From Halorutilales archaeon Cl-col2-1 (lineage in GTDB: Archaea; Halobacteriota; Halobacteria; Halobacteriales; Afararchaeaceae), in contig CP169074.1 in assembly GCA_041891055.1 (NCBI GenBank), positions 1,600,001 through 1,664,000 on the forward strand: 64,000 nucleotides of DNA, in the 5' to 3' direction. The notes beneath the pieces were generated by a model that made no database searches, was not told where the DNA came from, and worked only from the letters and a program-made list of their open reading frames with translations. A program made the translations under genes and the position numbers. Below, one piece after another: positions 48,988-57,804 of the stretch (its first letter is position 1; every line of letters starts with the position of its first letter).

Positions 48988-50094
48988 ATGGGACTTCAGG
49001 AAGAGATACAGGAGATAGAGGAGGAGATCGAGAACACTCCCTACAACAAGTCGACAGAGAAACACATAGGACGTCTCAAGGCTAAGCTCTCGAAGCTCAA
49101 GGACGAGCTCGCACAGAGGGAGTCGGGGAGCGGCGGCGGTGGGGGATACAACATACCCAAGACGGGAGACGCGAGGGTCGTTCTCGTCGGATTCCCGAGT
49201 GTCGGAAAGTCGACTCTCATCAACCAGATCACGAACGCAGAGAGTGAGACGGGGTCTTACGGCTTCACTACGTTGGAGGTCGTCCCGGGTATGCTCAAGT
49301 ACAGGAACACCGACATACAGATACTCGATGTCCCGGGTCTGATAGAGGGTGCGAGCGAGGGACGTGGCGGAGGAAAGGAGATTCTGAGCGTCGTGAGATC
49401 CGCCGACCTCCTCGTCTTCATGGTTGATGTCTTCGAGCCCGAACAGTACAAGACACTCCACGACGAGCTATACGAACACGGAATACGTATAGACGCCTCG
49501 CCTCCGCGTGTCAAGATAAACAGGAAGGACAGGGGAGGCATAGACGTGAGGAAGTTCGACGACGTCGAGATAGACGACGAACTCGTCGAGAGTGTCTGTG
49601 AACAGCACGGCATAGTCAACGCGTCTGTCGTCATAAGGGAAGACGTCACAGTCGACGAACTCAACGACGCCATCCTCGACAACCGTGTCTACGTCGACTC
49701 CGCCGTCACCGTCAACAAGATGGATCTCGCCGACCCATCGACTGTCGAGAGGACACGTGAGAAGCTCTCGGAGTACGGGGTCGAAGACGCCGTCGGGATA
49801 AGCGCGAAGGAAGGCAAAGGACTTGATGCGTTCAAGGAGATGGTTTTCGAGTCGCTCGATCTCATCAGGGTCTACATGAAGCCACAGGGCGGCGACCCCG
49901 ACTACGACGAGCCGATGGTTGTCAGAGAGGGTGCTACCGTCGGTGACCTCGCCTCGAAGATACACGGCGAAGCCGAGGAGCGTTTCCGTTACGCCAAGGT
50001 CTGGGGAGACAGTGCCAAACACGACGGTCAGCAGGTCGGCGAGGATCACGTCCTCAGCGACGAGGACGTCCTCTCAGTTATAATGAAGAAGTAA
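48988..50094 (+). CDS. DRG/Rbg-family OBG GTPase with TGS domain
   Basis: HIGRLKAKL, GFPSVGKST, FTTL, DVPG, NKMD, VWG.SAKH.GQ.VG. Confidence 0.94.
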   Translation: MGLQEEIQEIEEEIENTPYNKSTEKHIGRLKAKLSKLKDELAQRESGSGGGGGYNIPKTGDARVVLVGFPSVGKSTLINQITNAESETGSYGFTTLEVVPGMLKYRNTDIQILDVPGLIEGASEGRGGGKEILSVVRSADLLVFMVDVFEPEQYKTLHDELYEHGIRIDASPPRVKINRKDRGGIDVRKFDDVEIDDELVESVCEQHGIVNASVVIREDVTVDELNDAILDNRVYVDSAVTVNKMDLADPSTVERTREKLSEYGVEDAVGISAKEGKGLDAFKEMVFESLDLIRVYMKPQGGDPDYDEPMVVREGATVGDLASKIHGEAEERFRYAKVWGDSAKHDGQQVGEDHVLSDEDVLSVIMKK

Positions 50095-50121
50095 AAAAGT
50101 AAGCTGTCTGACTACGCTGTA

Positions 50122-51000
50122 CTACAGAAGGCCCGCCTTCTGGAGGAGCATGAGGTCGTCGGTGTCGAGTGTCTCGCCCTCCTTGAACTTCTCGTAGACC
50201 TCGCGCGCCTGTTCCTTCGCGACTTCCTTTTCCTTCTCCTTCTCGGATTTCTTCTCTTTCTCCTCCTTCTTGTCGAGCTCACGGAGGCGTTTCTGAACCT
50301 TCACGAAGTTCTCGTGGTGCTCGTCGGCGGCTTCCTGAGCCTCGACGAAGCTCTCGTGCATTTCGTCGGCTTCCTCACGCACCTCGTCAGCCTTCCTGTA
50401 CGCCTCTATCATCTTGTCGTGGTGCTCCTGGGCGTCGTCGGCGGCTTCGAGAACCTTCTCGTGAGCCTCACTCGCCTTCTCACGTGCTTCCTCGGCTTCC
50501 TCACGTATCTCGTCTATGTCGCCTGTGTCCTCCAGCTTCTCCTTCTTCTTGTTGTACTTCTCGCGGAGGTTCTCTATCTTGTCTATGAGCTCGCTCTCCT
50601 CGTCGGACTCGAGAACCTCTGTCTGCTGTCTGAACTCAAGCTTCTCTATCTTGTCCTTGAGCTCCTCGAGAGACTCGTCGTCGTCCATGTCGAGCTCCTC
50701 CTTCTTCTCCTCAACCTCGTCGAAGAGCTCGTTAGCCTTCTCGTTGAGCTCGTTCCTCTTGTCCTTGTACTCCTGAACCTTCTCGTTGAGATCGTCTCTC
50801 TTCTCACGGTGCTCCTGAGCCTTGTCGACAAGGTCACGAGCCTTCTCGTTGAGCTCGTTCCTCTTTGAGGCTCTCTCACTCGCAGTCGAGTTGAGCTCGT
50901 TCCTGCGGTCTCTCAGCTTACCCGCGAGCTTGATCAAGTCTCCCTTGTTCTTGTTCTGAATCTCTTCTTCGTCTACTTCGATTGTTTCTATCTCAGACAT
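50122..51000 (-). CDS. Conserved archaeal coiled-coil protein (COG1340-like)
   Basis: KRNELN/KRDDLN repeats, LEFRQQT, KFKEGETLDTDDLMLLQKAG. Confidence 0.88.
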   Translation of the reverse strand: MSEIETIEVDEEEIQNKNKGDLIKLAGKLRDRRNELNSTASERASKRNELNEKARDLVDKAQEHREKRDDLNEKVQEYKDKRNELNEKANELFDEVEEKKEELDMDDDESLEELKDKIEKLEFRQQTEVLESDEESELIDKIENLREKYNKKKEKLEDTGDIDEIREEAEEAREKASEAHEKVLEAADDAQEHHDKMIEAYRKADEVREEADEMHESFVEAQEAADEHHENFVKVQKRLRELDKKEEKEKKSEKEKEKEVAKEQAREVYEKFKEGETLDTDDLMLLQKAGLL

Positions 51001-51316
51001 GTCTGATCACTCTGTTCTTATATGTTTGTCTGCGGTACACATCGGCGTAGCTGTTCGTGTCTGTGCTCGTACGTAACGTGTGGGTAGAACAGTCTCCCCT
51101 CAGTCTGGTCTGTATCCGCGTCAGCTCCAGTTATACGAGAACGTGTCGTGTTCATCTATCTATGCGCCGAACGTGTTCCGTTCTACACCAGTATAAACGT
51201 CTTGTGACTTTAAAAGTTTCGCATACTAATAGTGTGAAAAGAGTTGCCATGAGGACTGTTATTACCTCACACATCCACTCGAAAAGAGATATACTGTCTC
51301 GGAACTACGTTACGGT

Positions 51317-51736
51317 GTGTCGAGACTCACGAAGAGGGCTTTTCGCGTCTTAGTCCTCGAACTCGTCGTAGCTCTCGTCTTCGTAGCCGTCTTCGTCGGA
51401 GCACCCGGATTAGTCGCAGACAGACTCGGCGAGCACGCCGAGATACGTGTCGTGAACCGGGACACCGTCCCCCACAGTATCGATATCTCTGTCGAGACAG
51501 CCTCCGAAACCGTGATCTTCGATAGGTCTTACACGGTCTCCTCAAAGTCGTCTGAACACACCGCAGACACGAGAGTAGGACCGGGTAGCTACGTCCTCAC
51601 CGTCGAGTCGGACGTCTCGGAACGCGTCACACGTAACTTCGAGGTCGACTGTAACCCGACCGTAGTAACCATAGTAGTTTCCGAATCACAGAGTACGAGA
51701 GACAGAACCGATGTCCGTCTGACTCGAGCCTGCTAA
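51317..51736 (+). CDS. Hypothetical membrane-anchored Ig-like protein
   Basis: N-terminal TM then beta-rich region (PGSYVLTV); GTG start. Confidence 0.6.
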   Translation: MSRLTKRAFRVLVLELVVALVFVAVFVGAPGLVADRLGEHAEIRVVNRDTVPHSIDISVETASETVIFDRSYTVSSKSSEHTADTRVGPGSYVLTVESDVSERVTRNFEVDCNPTVVTIVVSESQSTRDRTDVRLTRAC

Positions 51737-52989
51737 AGTATGTAGGGAGCCGCGGCTCCCACTCCACCTCCGAGTGCCGCCGTGAAGTTGACACCCGTGT
51801 TGTCCATAAGACGCCCTTCGACTGTCGCTCCGAGTACCGAGTCGATGTGTGCACCTACGACGCCGCCGACTACGACGAATCCAGCCGTCTCTACGGGAAC
51901 TACGCCGAGAGCCGACGAGAAATACGCGACCAAGACGCTCGCTGCGACAGTCACCACCTCTCCCTGAACTGTCACACCGCCGTCAGTGCCCGGGGGAACC
52001 TTCTCGAACGTGGTTATCAGACGTGGTGTCTCGTGAACTGAGCCGATCTCACTCGAAAGCGTGTCGGCGGTCGCGGTCGCTAAGCTTCCCGCGAAGACGA
52101 GTTTCGATATCTCCGCGGTTGGGGATCCGAGGTCGAGACCGAGAGCAACGACGGCTACGAGACCCACGGCAGAGTTAGCTAGAACGTTAGTAGCTCCTCG
52201 CGCCCCGCCATTCTCCTCCGCGACGCCGAGATCTATCTTGTCGTTGTATCTGTACCTCGTAGACGCCGCTCCGAGGACGAAGAAGAGCATAAGCACGCCG
52301 AGCCATCCGAAGCCTCCGACCACCGAGGTAACGAAGCCAACGACTGTTCCCATAAGTGCCCCTGTGACGCTCGCGGCTCCCATATAGTACGAGACTACTC
52401 CGAAGGCTGTGACTACGACGAAGGCAACCCCAAGATCCGTTCCCGCAATCTCGGTTTCGAGACTGTGTGTGACCCAGACCGCTGCGGCTGAGCTTACCGC
52501 CATGTACGATGTGTTGCCTCTACTGAGTCTCCGTTTGCCCTCCGACAGACCGAATCCGACCGTCGCCGCTACGAGAACCCCCACGGACACTACGAAGAAA
52601 GCCTCCGAAGTAGATACTCGGATAGGCGAGACGACGACTCCCCAGACGCCCGCTCCGACCCCCGCAGTTACGAAGGCTACGGGAGACCAGACGCTCTTTC
52701 TCCCCAGAGACCGAACCGCGAAGTCGCCGGCTACGACTCCGAGTATAGAGGCGGTGACTCCGATCCGAGTCAGACCTAGGAAGTAGGACAGAAGGGCTAT
52801 TCCGAACGCGGCGAATCCGAGGGACATGATGTCGTCGGTTACTTGGGTTTCCCAAGACGGAGACCTCGACGCGAAGCCCGCGAAGCCTATGAGAGCGAAC
52901 GGAAGGAGAGACAGCTTTCCAAGATAAGGTGATACGAGTCCCAAGACCCCGATAACAGCGTACAGTCGTGTCTTGGGAGGCAAGCGCAT
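51733..52989 (-). CDS. DUF92/TMEM19 membrane protein
   Basis: RGATNVLAN, ATATADTLSSEIG, PGTDGGVT, DSVLGAT. Confidence 0.92.
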   Translation of the reverse strand: MRLPPKTRLYAVIGVLGLVSPYLGKLSLLPFALIGFAGFASRSPSWETQVTDDIMSLGFAAFGIALLSYFLGLTRIGVTASILGVVAGDFAVRSLGRKSVWSPVAFVTAGVGAGVWGVVVSPIRVSTSEAFFVVSVGVLVAATVGFGLSEGKRRLSRGNTSYMAVSSAAAVWVTHSLETEIAGTDLGVAFVVVTAFGVVSYYMGAASVTGALMGTVVGFVTSVVGGFGWLGVLMLFFVLGAASTRYRYNDKIDLGVAEENGGARGATNVLANSAVGLVAVVALGLDLGSPTAEISKLVFAGSLATATADTLSSEIGSVHETPRLITTFEKVPPGTDGGVTVQGEVVTVAASVLVAYFSSALGVVPVETAGFVVVGGVVGAHIDSVLGATVEGRLMDNTGVNFTAALGGGVGAAAPYIL

Positions 52990-53026
52990 GTAGAAGCTAT
53001 ATAAGCCGTCGCACTTTATAATTCCG

Positions 53027-53686
53027 ATGAACGTGTACTTCTACGACCGTCTCCTCGAACGTAAGGTCAGAAGACGTGGTACCCCCGACCACGTAGCCGT
53101 AGTCACGTCCGGCTCCGACTTACTCGACGGTGGCTTCGAGACGGTATCCGACCTCCTATGCTGGTTCTCCGAACTCGAGGTCGAACGAGTCAGTCTCTAC
53201 GTTAGTTTAGCCGATTCCGACGACCCCGCCGAGATATACGACGGCATTTCACGTCTCGACATTCCAGGCGTCGGTGTCGATGCAGTCGGGGACAGTCACG
53301 GTCACGGGGACGGAACTTCGACCCACAGACCCATAGACATAGAGGAAGCCGGTGGGTCGGAGGACGAGACCCGAGTCAAGGTCTCAGTCGGACTCGGCGG
53401 ACGCAACGAGTTCGTCGGTGCACTCAGACAGATGGCGCGCGAGGTAGAGGACGACGAACTCGATCCCGATGACGTAGACGAGGAGACCATAGAGAGACAT
53501 CTCGTCTTCAAGGGTGAGCCCGACATGATGATAACCGGAAACGACCGACTCTCCGACTTCATGATCTGGCAGTCGGTCTACACAGAGCTATACTTCGCCG
53601 ACTTCTCGTGGGACTCGCTCAGGAAACGTGACCTTCTACGTGCATTCAGGGAGTTTCAGGACAGGGAGAGACGGTTCGGAAAGTGA
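53027..53686 (+). CDS. Divergent cis-prenyltransferase (UppS-like) family protein
   Basis: PDHVAVV, GGRNEF, EPD, RLSDFMIWQSVYTELYF, RERRFGK; lacks the DGNRR catalytic motif. Confidence 0.85.
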   Translation: MNVYFYDRLLERKVRRRGTPDHVAVVTSGSDLLDGGFETVSDLLCWFSELEVERVSLYVSLADSDDPAEIYDGISRLDIPGVGVDAVGDSHGHGDGTSTHRPIDIEEAGGSEDETRVKVSVGLGGRNEFVGALRQMAREVEDDELDPDDVDEETIERHLVFKGEPDMMITGNDRLSDFMIWQSVYTELYFADFSWDSLRKRDLLRAFREFQDRERRFGK

Positions 53687-53702
53687 TCATGATCAAGCAA
53701 AC

Positions 53703-54611
53703 TCAAGGGAACTCCCTCAGGCTCTTGTGTATGTCGAGACCCGCCTTCGCGCCCTTTCCGACACCTATCGGGATCTGGTTGTTCTCGTCTGTGACGTCTC
53801 CGACGGCGTAGAGACCGTCGATGTCTGTCTTAGCGTCGTCGTCGATCACAGCATAGCCCGAGTCGTTGAGTTCGGCTCCGAGGCTCTCGAGTATCCCGTT
53901 GTTGACCCTACCGCCTAGCATCGCGAAGCCTCTGTCGAACTTCCGCGACTCGCCGTCTTCGAAGACGAGACGTTCGAGGTGTTCGTCTCCCTCCGCACAA
54001 GCTATCTCCTTCTCGACGACGTCTATCCCGTTCGCCTCGATCTTCTCGGAGTACTCTTCGCTCAACTCGGGAGTCTCGCCGTTCGTGAGGAATGTGACGT
54101 CGTCAGTGAAGTTGAGGAGAATGAGTGCAACGACTGCGGCGTGGTCGTCGTCGCCTAAGACGAAGACGTCCTCGTCTATACATAGATGGGCATCACAGTG
54201 GAGACAGTAATGCACCTCGTGTCCGTTGAAACGTCCGAGTCCCGGAACCTGGGGAAAGACGTCCATCATTCCCGTCGCGACGACGAGTGCACGCGAAGTA
54301 TAGACGTCACCGCTGTCCGTCTCGACGTGGAAGACGCCGTCTTCCTTCGTCGCGTCGACAGTCTTGTCGTGGACGAACTCGCCTCCGTGTTTCTTCACCT
54401 GGTCTATGCCGACCGACTGTAAGTCGTCGCCCGTGTTGTCGTCGGTCACTCCTATGTAGTTGTGGACGTGGCGTACCTGGTTTATACGTCCGCCACCCTT
54501 GTCTATCACTAACGTCGGATGGTTGAGACGTGACGTGTAGAGTGCGGCTGAGAGTCCGGCGACTCCTGCGCCTATCACGATGTTGTCGTAGTCAGGATCA
54601 GTCTTCTGCAT
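53703..54611 (-). CDS. Thioredoxin reductase-like FAD/NAD(P) oxidoreductase
   Basis: IGAGVAGLSAA, VATG, YCLHCD, GLYAVGD. Confidence 0.9.
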   Translation of the reverse strand: MQKTDPDYDNIVIGAGVAGLSAALYTSRLNHPTLVIDKGGGRINQVRHVHNYIGVTDDNTGDDLQSVGIDQVKKHGGEFVHDKTVDATKEDGVFHVETDSGDVYTSRALVVATGMMDVFPQVPGLGRFNGHEVHYCLHCDAHLCIDEDVFVLGDDDHAAVVALILLNFTDDVTFLTNGETPELSEEYSEKIEANGIDVVEKEIACAEGDEHLERLVFEDGESRKFDRGFAMLGGRVNNGILESLGAELNDSGYAVIDDDAKTDIDGLYAVGDVTDENNQIPIGVGKGAKAGLDIHKSLREFP

Positions 54612-54682
54612 CTGTGTTATACTTGAAGCGTCGTAAAGTTACAGTTACTGTTTTAGATCCGACCGGGTAACGCGAACCCCAC

Positions 54683-55555
54683 TCAGATATAACTCCATAT
54701 TCCGAGTTTATACAGCAGAATTCCTACGCCGATAATGACTCCGACTAATCCGGGGTAGAACAGCGACTTGTACGACGACTTGAACTTCTTCTCTATCTCC
54801 TCTTCTCCGTGGTTTGAAAGTATGAAGAGGTCACCGCCGCATTCTGTCAGTTTCGTGGTAGTCCCTTCTCTGTCATCCTCCATGCGTGCGCTCCCTTTCG
54901 TATCCGCACATCCGAGCGCGTAGACTGCTTCCCCCGGCTCGATCACCCCCTCCATGTACCGACGTGTACCGTGTTTGGTTCCGATGTCGACGGCGTTCAG
55001 AGGAGTGTCCGTATCCTCGTATAGACCGTGTTTCTCATGTAACTCACGTATGTTCGTAGGGGTTTCCTCTGAAGGGTCAAGCTCGTACTCCTTGGGGAAA
55101 GACCTAAACTCGATCAGTGCGTCGTCCATCCGAATACCCTGGTTCGCGCTTATGCCCGTTGTCTGAGTCCACTTTCCCGCCGTATCTGTCCTCGAAATAG
55201 ATTCGACGGTTATCTCCCCCGTGTCGTCCTCTATAACGAACTCTGCAACCTCGATACCACGTGCCACTTCGCGCCACGTCGACCTGTCGCCCCGCTCGTC
55301 CCACTCCTCTATCTTCCAAGCGGTTGCGAGAGCTTCACGTTCGGTAACGGGGGCTCTGATCGTTTCAGAACAGTCTGACTCGACCGCGGTTCCCTCGACT
55401 TCTACTGTCTCGGGCGGATCGACTACACCCACGTCTACCGTCCTGACCGACTCCATGTATCTGTAGATCCCCCGCCGTTTCCAGCCCTTGTACATCCCAA
55501 CTATTCCAACTGTGATAACAAGAGAAGTCGTGATGTATGTGATCTCATTTATCAC
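54683..55555 (-). CDS. Membrane protein with GIDE-like central domain
   Basis: N- and C-terminal TMs; VEVEGTA, RRYMEGVIEPGEAVYALG; AT-richer flanks. Confidence 0.65.
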   Translation of the reverse strand: MINEITYITTSLVITVGIVGMYKGWKRRGIYRYMESVRTVDVGVVDPPETVEVEGTAVESDCSETIRAPVTEREALATAWKIEEWDERGDRSTWREVARGIEVAEFVIEDDTGEITVESISRTDTAGKWTQTTGISANQGIRMDDALIEFRSFPKEYELDPSEETPTNIRELHEKHGLYEDTDTPLNAVDIGTKHGTRRYMEGVIEPGEAVYALGCADTKGSARMEDDREGTTTKLTECGGDLFILSNHGEEEIEKKFKSSYKSLFYPGLVGVIIGVGILLYKLGIWSYI

Positions 55556-55671
55556 GTCATCGGTTTTGATATACAGGAGTTAAGAATTTTCCCGTAATGG
55601 AGTAGTTATGGTTCGGATATTCTATAGATATAGAAGAGGTAAGTGACGGAGGTTAAGTTCAGACTGCTTAA

Positions 55672-56190
55672 GTCAACAACCCCGCCCTACTTCGCTCGGG
55701 GCTTGCGCCCACTCGCTCGTGGAGGGCGTATGCTGAGGCTCCCTCAGCATGCTCGTGAATCTTCGATTCACGAACGGGGCTTGTCCGTGTTCTCTCCCTC
55801 GACCGCAGTACCGTTCCGTACTGCGTGGGCGGTCGAACCGCGCTCAGGGTCATTGTTCCGGACTTCGGGGCGCGTTCGGAAATCTCCGATTTCCGAGCCA
55901 TCCAGATCAAAGATCTGGAGACGTTGACTGGTGCCCATCCATCCGAACAACTGTTGGCTCGGATGGATGTGCTTATAGGTAATCTCCGAAGTCCAATAAG
56001 TGTACGGCTTCCTCCCCGCCCTACTGCGCTTCTTGTCCGCGTAAGCGGACTGCGGTGTGTTGAAAATCGGAGATTTTCATACGTATGCGAATCTCTGATT
56101 CGCAACACTCCTTGAGGACGTCCCGAGATCTCCGATCTCGCGGGCTCAGAAATCTCAGATTTCTGAACGGGGACTCCGCCTGCACAAGGT
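55672..56190 (-). mobile_element. Non-autonomous IS200/IS605 derivative (PATE-like) retaining left end, omega-RNA-like region and right end
   Basis: Right end ACGGACAAGCCCCG...GGGCGGGGTTGTTGAC; left-end hairpin CCCCGCCCT...GAGGACG/GGG; no real ORF; four hairpin units nested inside. Confidence 0.75.
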
Positions 56191-56249
56191 TGAAGTCGAA
56201 CCGTCGATGAGACTATTTCTATTCACGAGTCCGCAAAATCAGAGATTTA

Positions 56250-56270
56250 TGGGCCAGCGCGGATTTGAAC
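56250..56270 (-). repeat. 21-bp direct repeat of the tRNA-Ile 3' end
   Basis: TGGGCCAGCGCGGATTTGAAC identical at 56250-56270 and 56390-56410. Confidence 0.95.
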
Positions 56271-56389
56271 TACGGTCACTTAGGTTCCCTAATTCAAATC
56301 CGCTTGTCCCATTCGTTTCCTCACTGCGTTCGGTCTCTCATGGGCCATTCGTAAATCGAAGATTTATGAGTCCGCAAAACCGAAGGTTT

Positions 56390-56463
56390 TGGGCCAGCGC
56401 GGATTTGAACCGCGGACCTCCCGGTTATCAGCCGAGCGCTCAACCTAGCTAAGCTACTGGCCC
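56390..56463 (-). tRNA. tRNA-Ile(GAT)
   Basis: Reverse complement GGGCCAGTAGCTTAG...CTCGG-CTGATAA-CCGGG...GGTTCAAATCCGCGCTGGCCCA. Confidence 0.96.
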
Positions 56464-56517
56464 TCAGGTCGAAGTTTGGACGACTCTCGTTTTAAGCTTT
56501 CTTTTTCCGCTCCTATC

Positions 56518-56910
56518 CTAATACGTCTCGACGTGGACATAGCCTTGCTGAGCCTTCCGCCTGAAGTACGACTGGACGACCCTTCTGAGGGGTGGACGTG
56601 TGAAAGGCAGTAGGAAGACGAAACCGACTCCGTCGGTGATCAGTCCCGGCGTCGCAAGGAGTGCCGCGCCAGCGATTATGAGGGCGCCGTCGGTGAGTTC
56701 GTCCGACGGAGATGCTCCCTGCTGGAGCCTGTGCTGTATCCGTCTCACAGTCTGTACTCCTTGAGAACGTGCGAGGTAGGCTCCTACTACCCCTGTGAGT
56801 ATCACGACGCCGAGTGTCTCAACCGGACCAATGACGTCGGCTATCCGTAGTAGGAGAAGCAGGTCGACAAACGGTATCACCGTAAAGACCAGCAGGAGAC
56901 GTCCGAGCAT
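56518..56910 (-). CDS. fxsA: FxsA family membrane protein
   Basis: GAYLARSQG, LLATPGLITDGVG, PFTR. Confidence 0.9.
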   Translation of the reverse strand: MLGRLLLVFTVIPFVDLLLLLRIADVIGPVETLGVVILTGVVGAYLARSQGVQTVRRIQHRLQQGASPSDELTDGALIIAGAALLATPGLITDGVGFVFLLPFTRPPLRRVVQSYFRRKAQQGYVHVETY

Positions 56911-57060
56911 ATATGATACACGGCTCTCATGTAGAAGAGGTTTGTGGCTGTGGCTGTCGCCGTCGTCGTCAAGAAATTTTAAATAGTCGGCATCTCTAAG
57001 TACGACATAGTTCTGAGTTTTGATGAGACAGACTACCCAGCTAAGGAGAGACGAGATATA

Positions 57061-57774
57061 ATGATGAACCCTAACAGTAACAGAACAGACAGAGACACAC
57101 CTACAGTCACCCCGAGCGGAATCGAGCTAGACGCGCCCGCTAACAGGGCGGGAATAGACGAGGAAGATGTCGCCGAGGGAACCACAACGATAGGACTCAC
57201 GACAGAAGACGCCGTCGTGCTTGCGACCGAGAGACGTGCGAGCATGGGCAACATCGTCGCGAGCAAGACAGCGAAGAAGATCTACCAGGTCACCGACTCG
57301 GCAGGTCTCACGATAAGCGGAGGAGTCGGAGACGGTCAGAGTCTCGCTAAGACTCTCAAGATCGAGTCGAACCTCTACGAGACACGTAGGGACAAGTCGA
57401 TATCCATGAAGGCGCTCGCGAGCATGGCGGGCAACATAATGAGGTCGATCCGTTTCTTCGTCGTCCCCATACTCGGAGGCGTCGACGACGACGGTCCCCA
57501 CGTATTCACACTCGATCCCGCGGGAGGAGTCATGGAGGAGAACTACGCCACGACGGGCAGCGGCTCTGTGATCGCGTACGGAGTCTTAGAGGACAAGTTC
57601 ACCGAGGATCTCTCGGTCGATGAGGCAAAGAGCCTCGCAGTCAGGTCACTCCAGAGTGCGATGGAGAGAGACACCGCGAGTGGAAACGGAATTCTTCTGT
57701 CTACTATAACCCCTGACGAGGGATTCGAGATGGTCGACGACGACGAGATAGAAGAGATAATAGAGGAGCTGTAG
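57061..57774 (+). CDS. psmB: Proteasome beta subunit
   Basis: Propeptide then G-TTTIG, ERRASMG, GSGS, ERDTASGNG. Confidence 0.96.
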   Translation: MMNPNSNRTDRDTPTVTPSGIELDAPANRAGIDEEDVAEGTTTIGLTTEDAVVLATERRASMGNIVASKTAKKIYQVTDSAGLTISGGVGDGQSLAKTLKIESNLYETRRDKSISMKALASMAGNIMRSIRFFVVPILGGVDDDGPHVFTLDPAGGVMEENYATTGSGSVIAYGVLEDKFTEDLSVDEAKSLAVRSLQSAMERDTASGNGILLSTITPDEGFEMVDDDEIEEIIEEL

Positions 57775-57804
57775 ACCGGCTTTTTCTCTCCCCGCCGTAC
57801 AAAC

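Noticed and set aside
55672-55790. HEARO/IscB omega-RNA 5' end (GTCAAC..CCCC..GGGGCTTG)
   Set aside because: No iscB ORF follows; the downstream sequence fits better as the minus-strand right end of a tnpB-type element.
55672-56410. Possible CRISPR array
   Set aside because: No identical repeats with regular unique spacers and no cas genes; the repeats are hairpin units and one tRNA-end duplication.
55643-56452. Several 60-146 aa ORFs
   Set aside because: Arg/Ser-rich, non-acidic translations of palindromic non-coding DNA.
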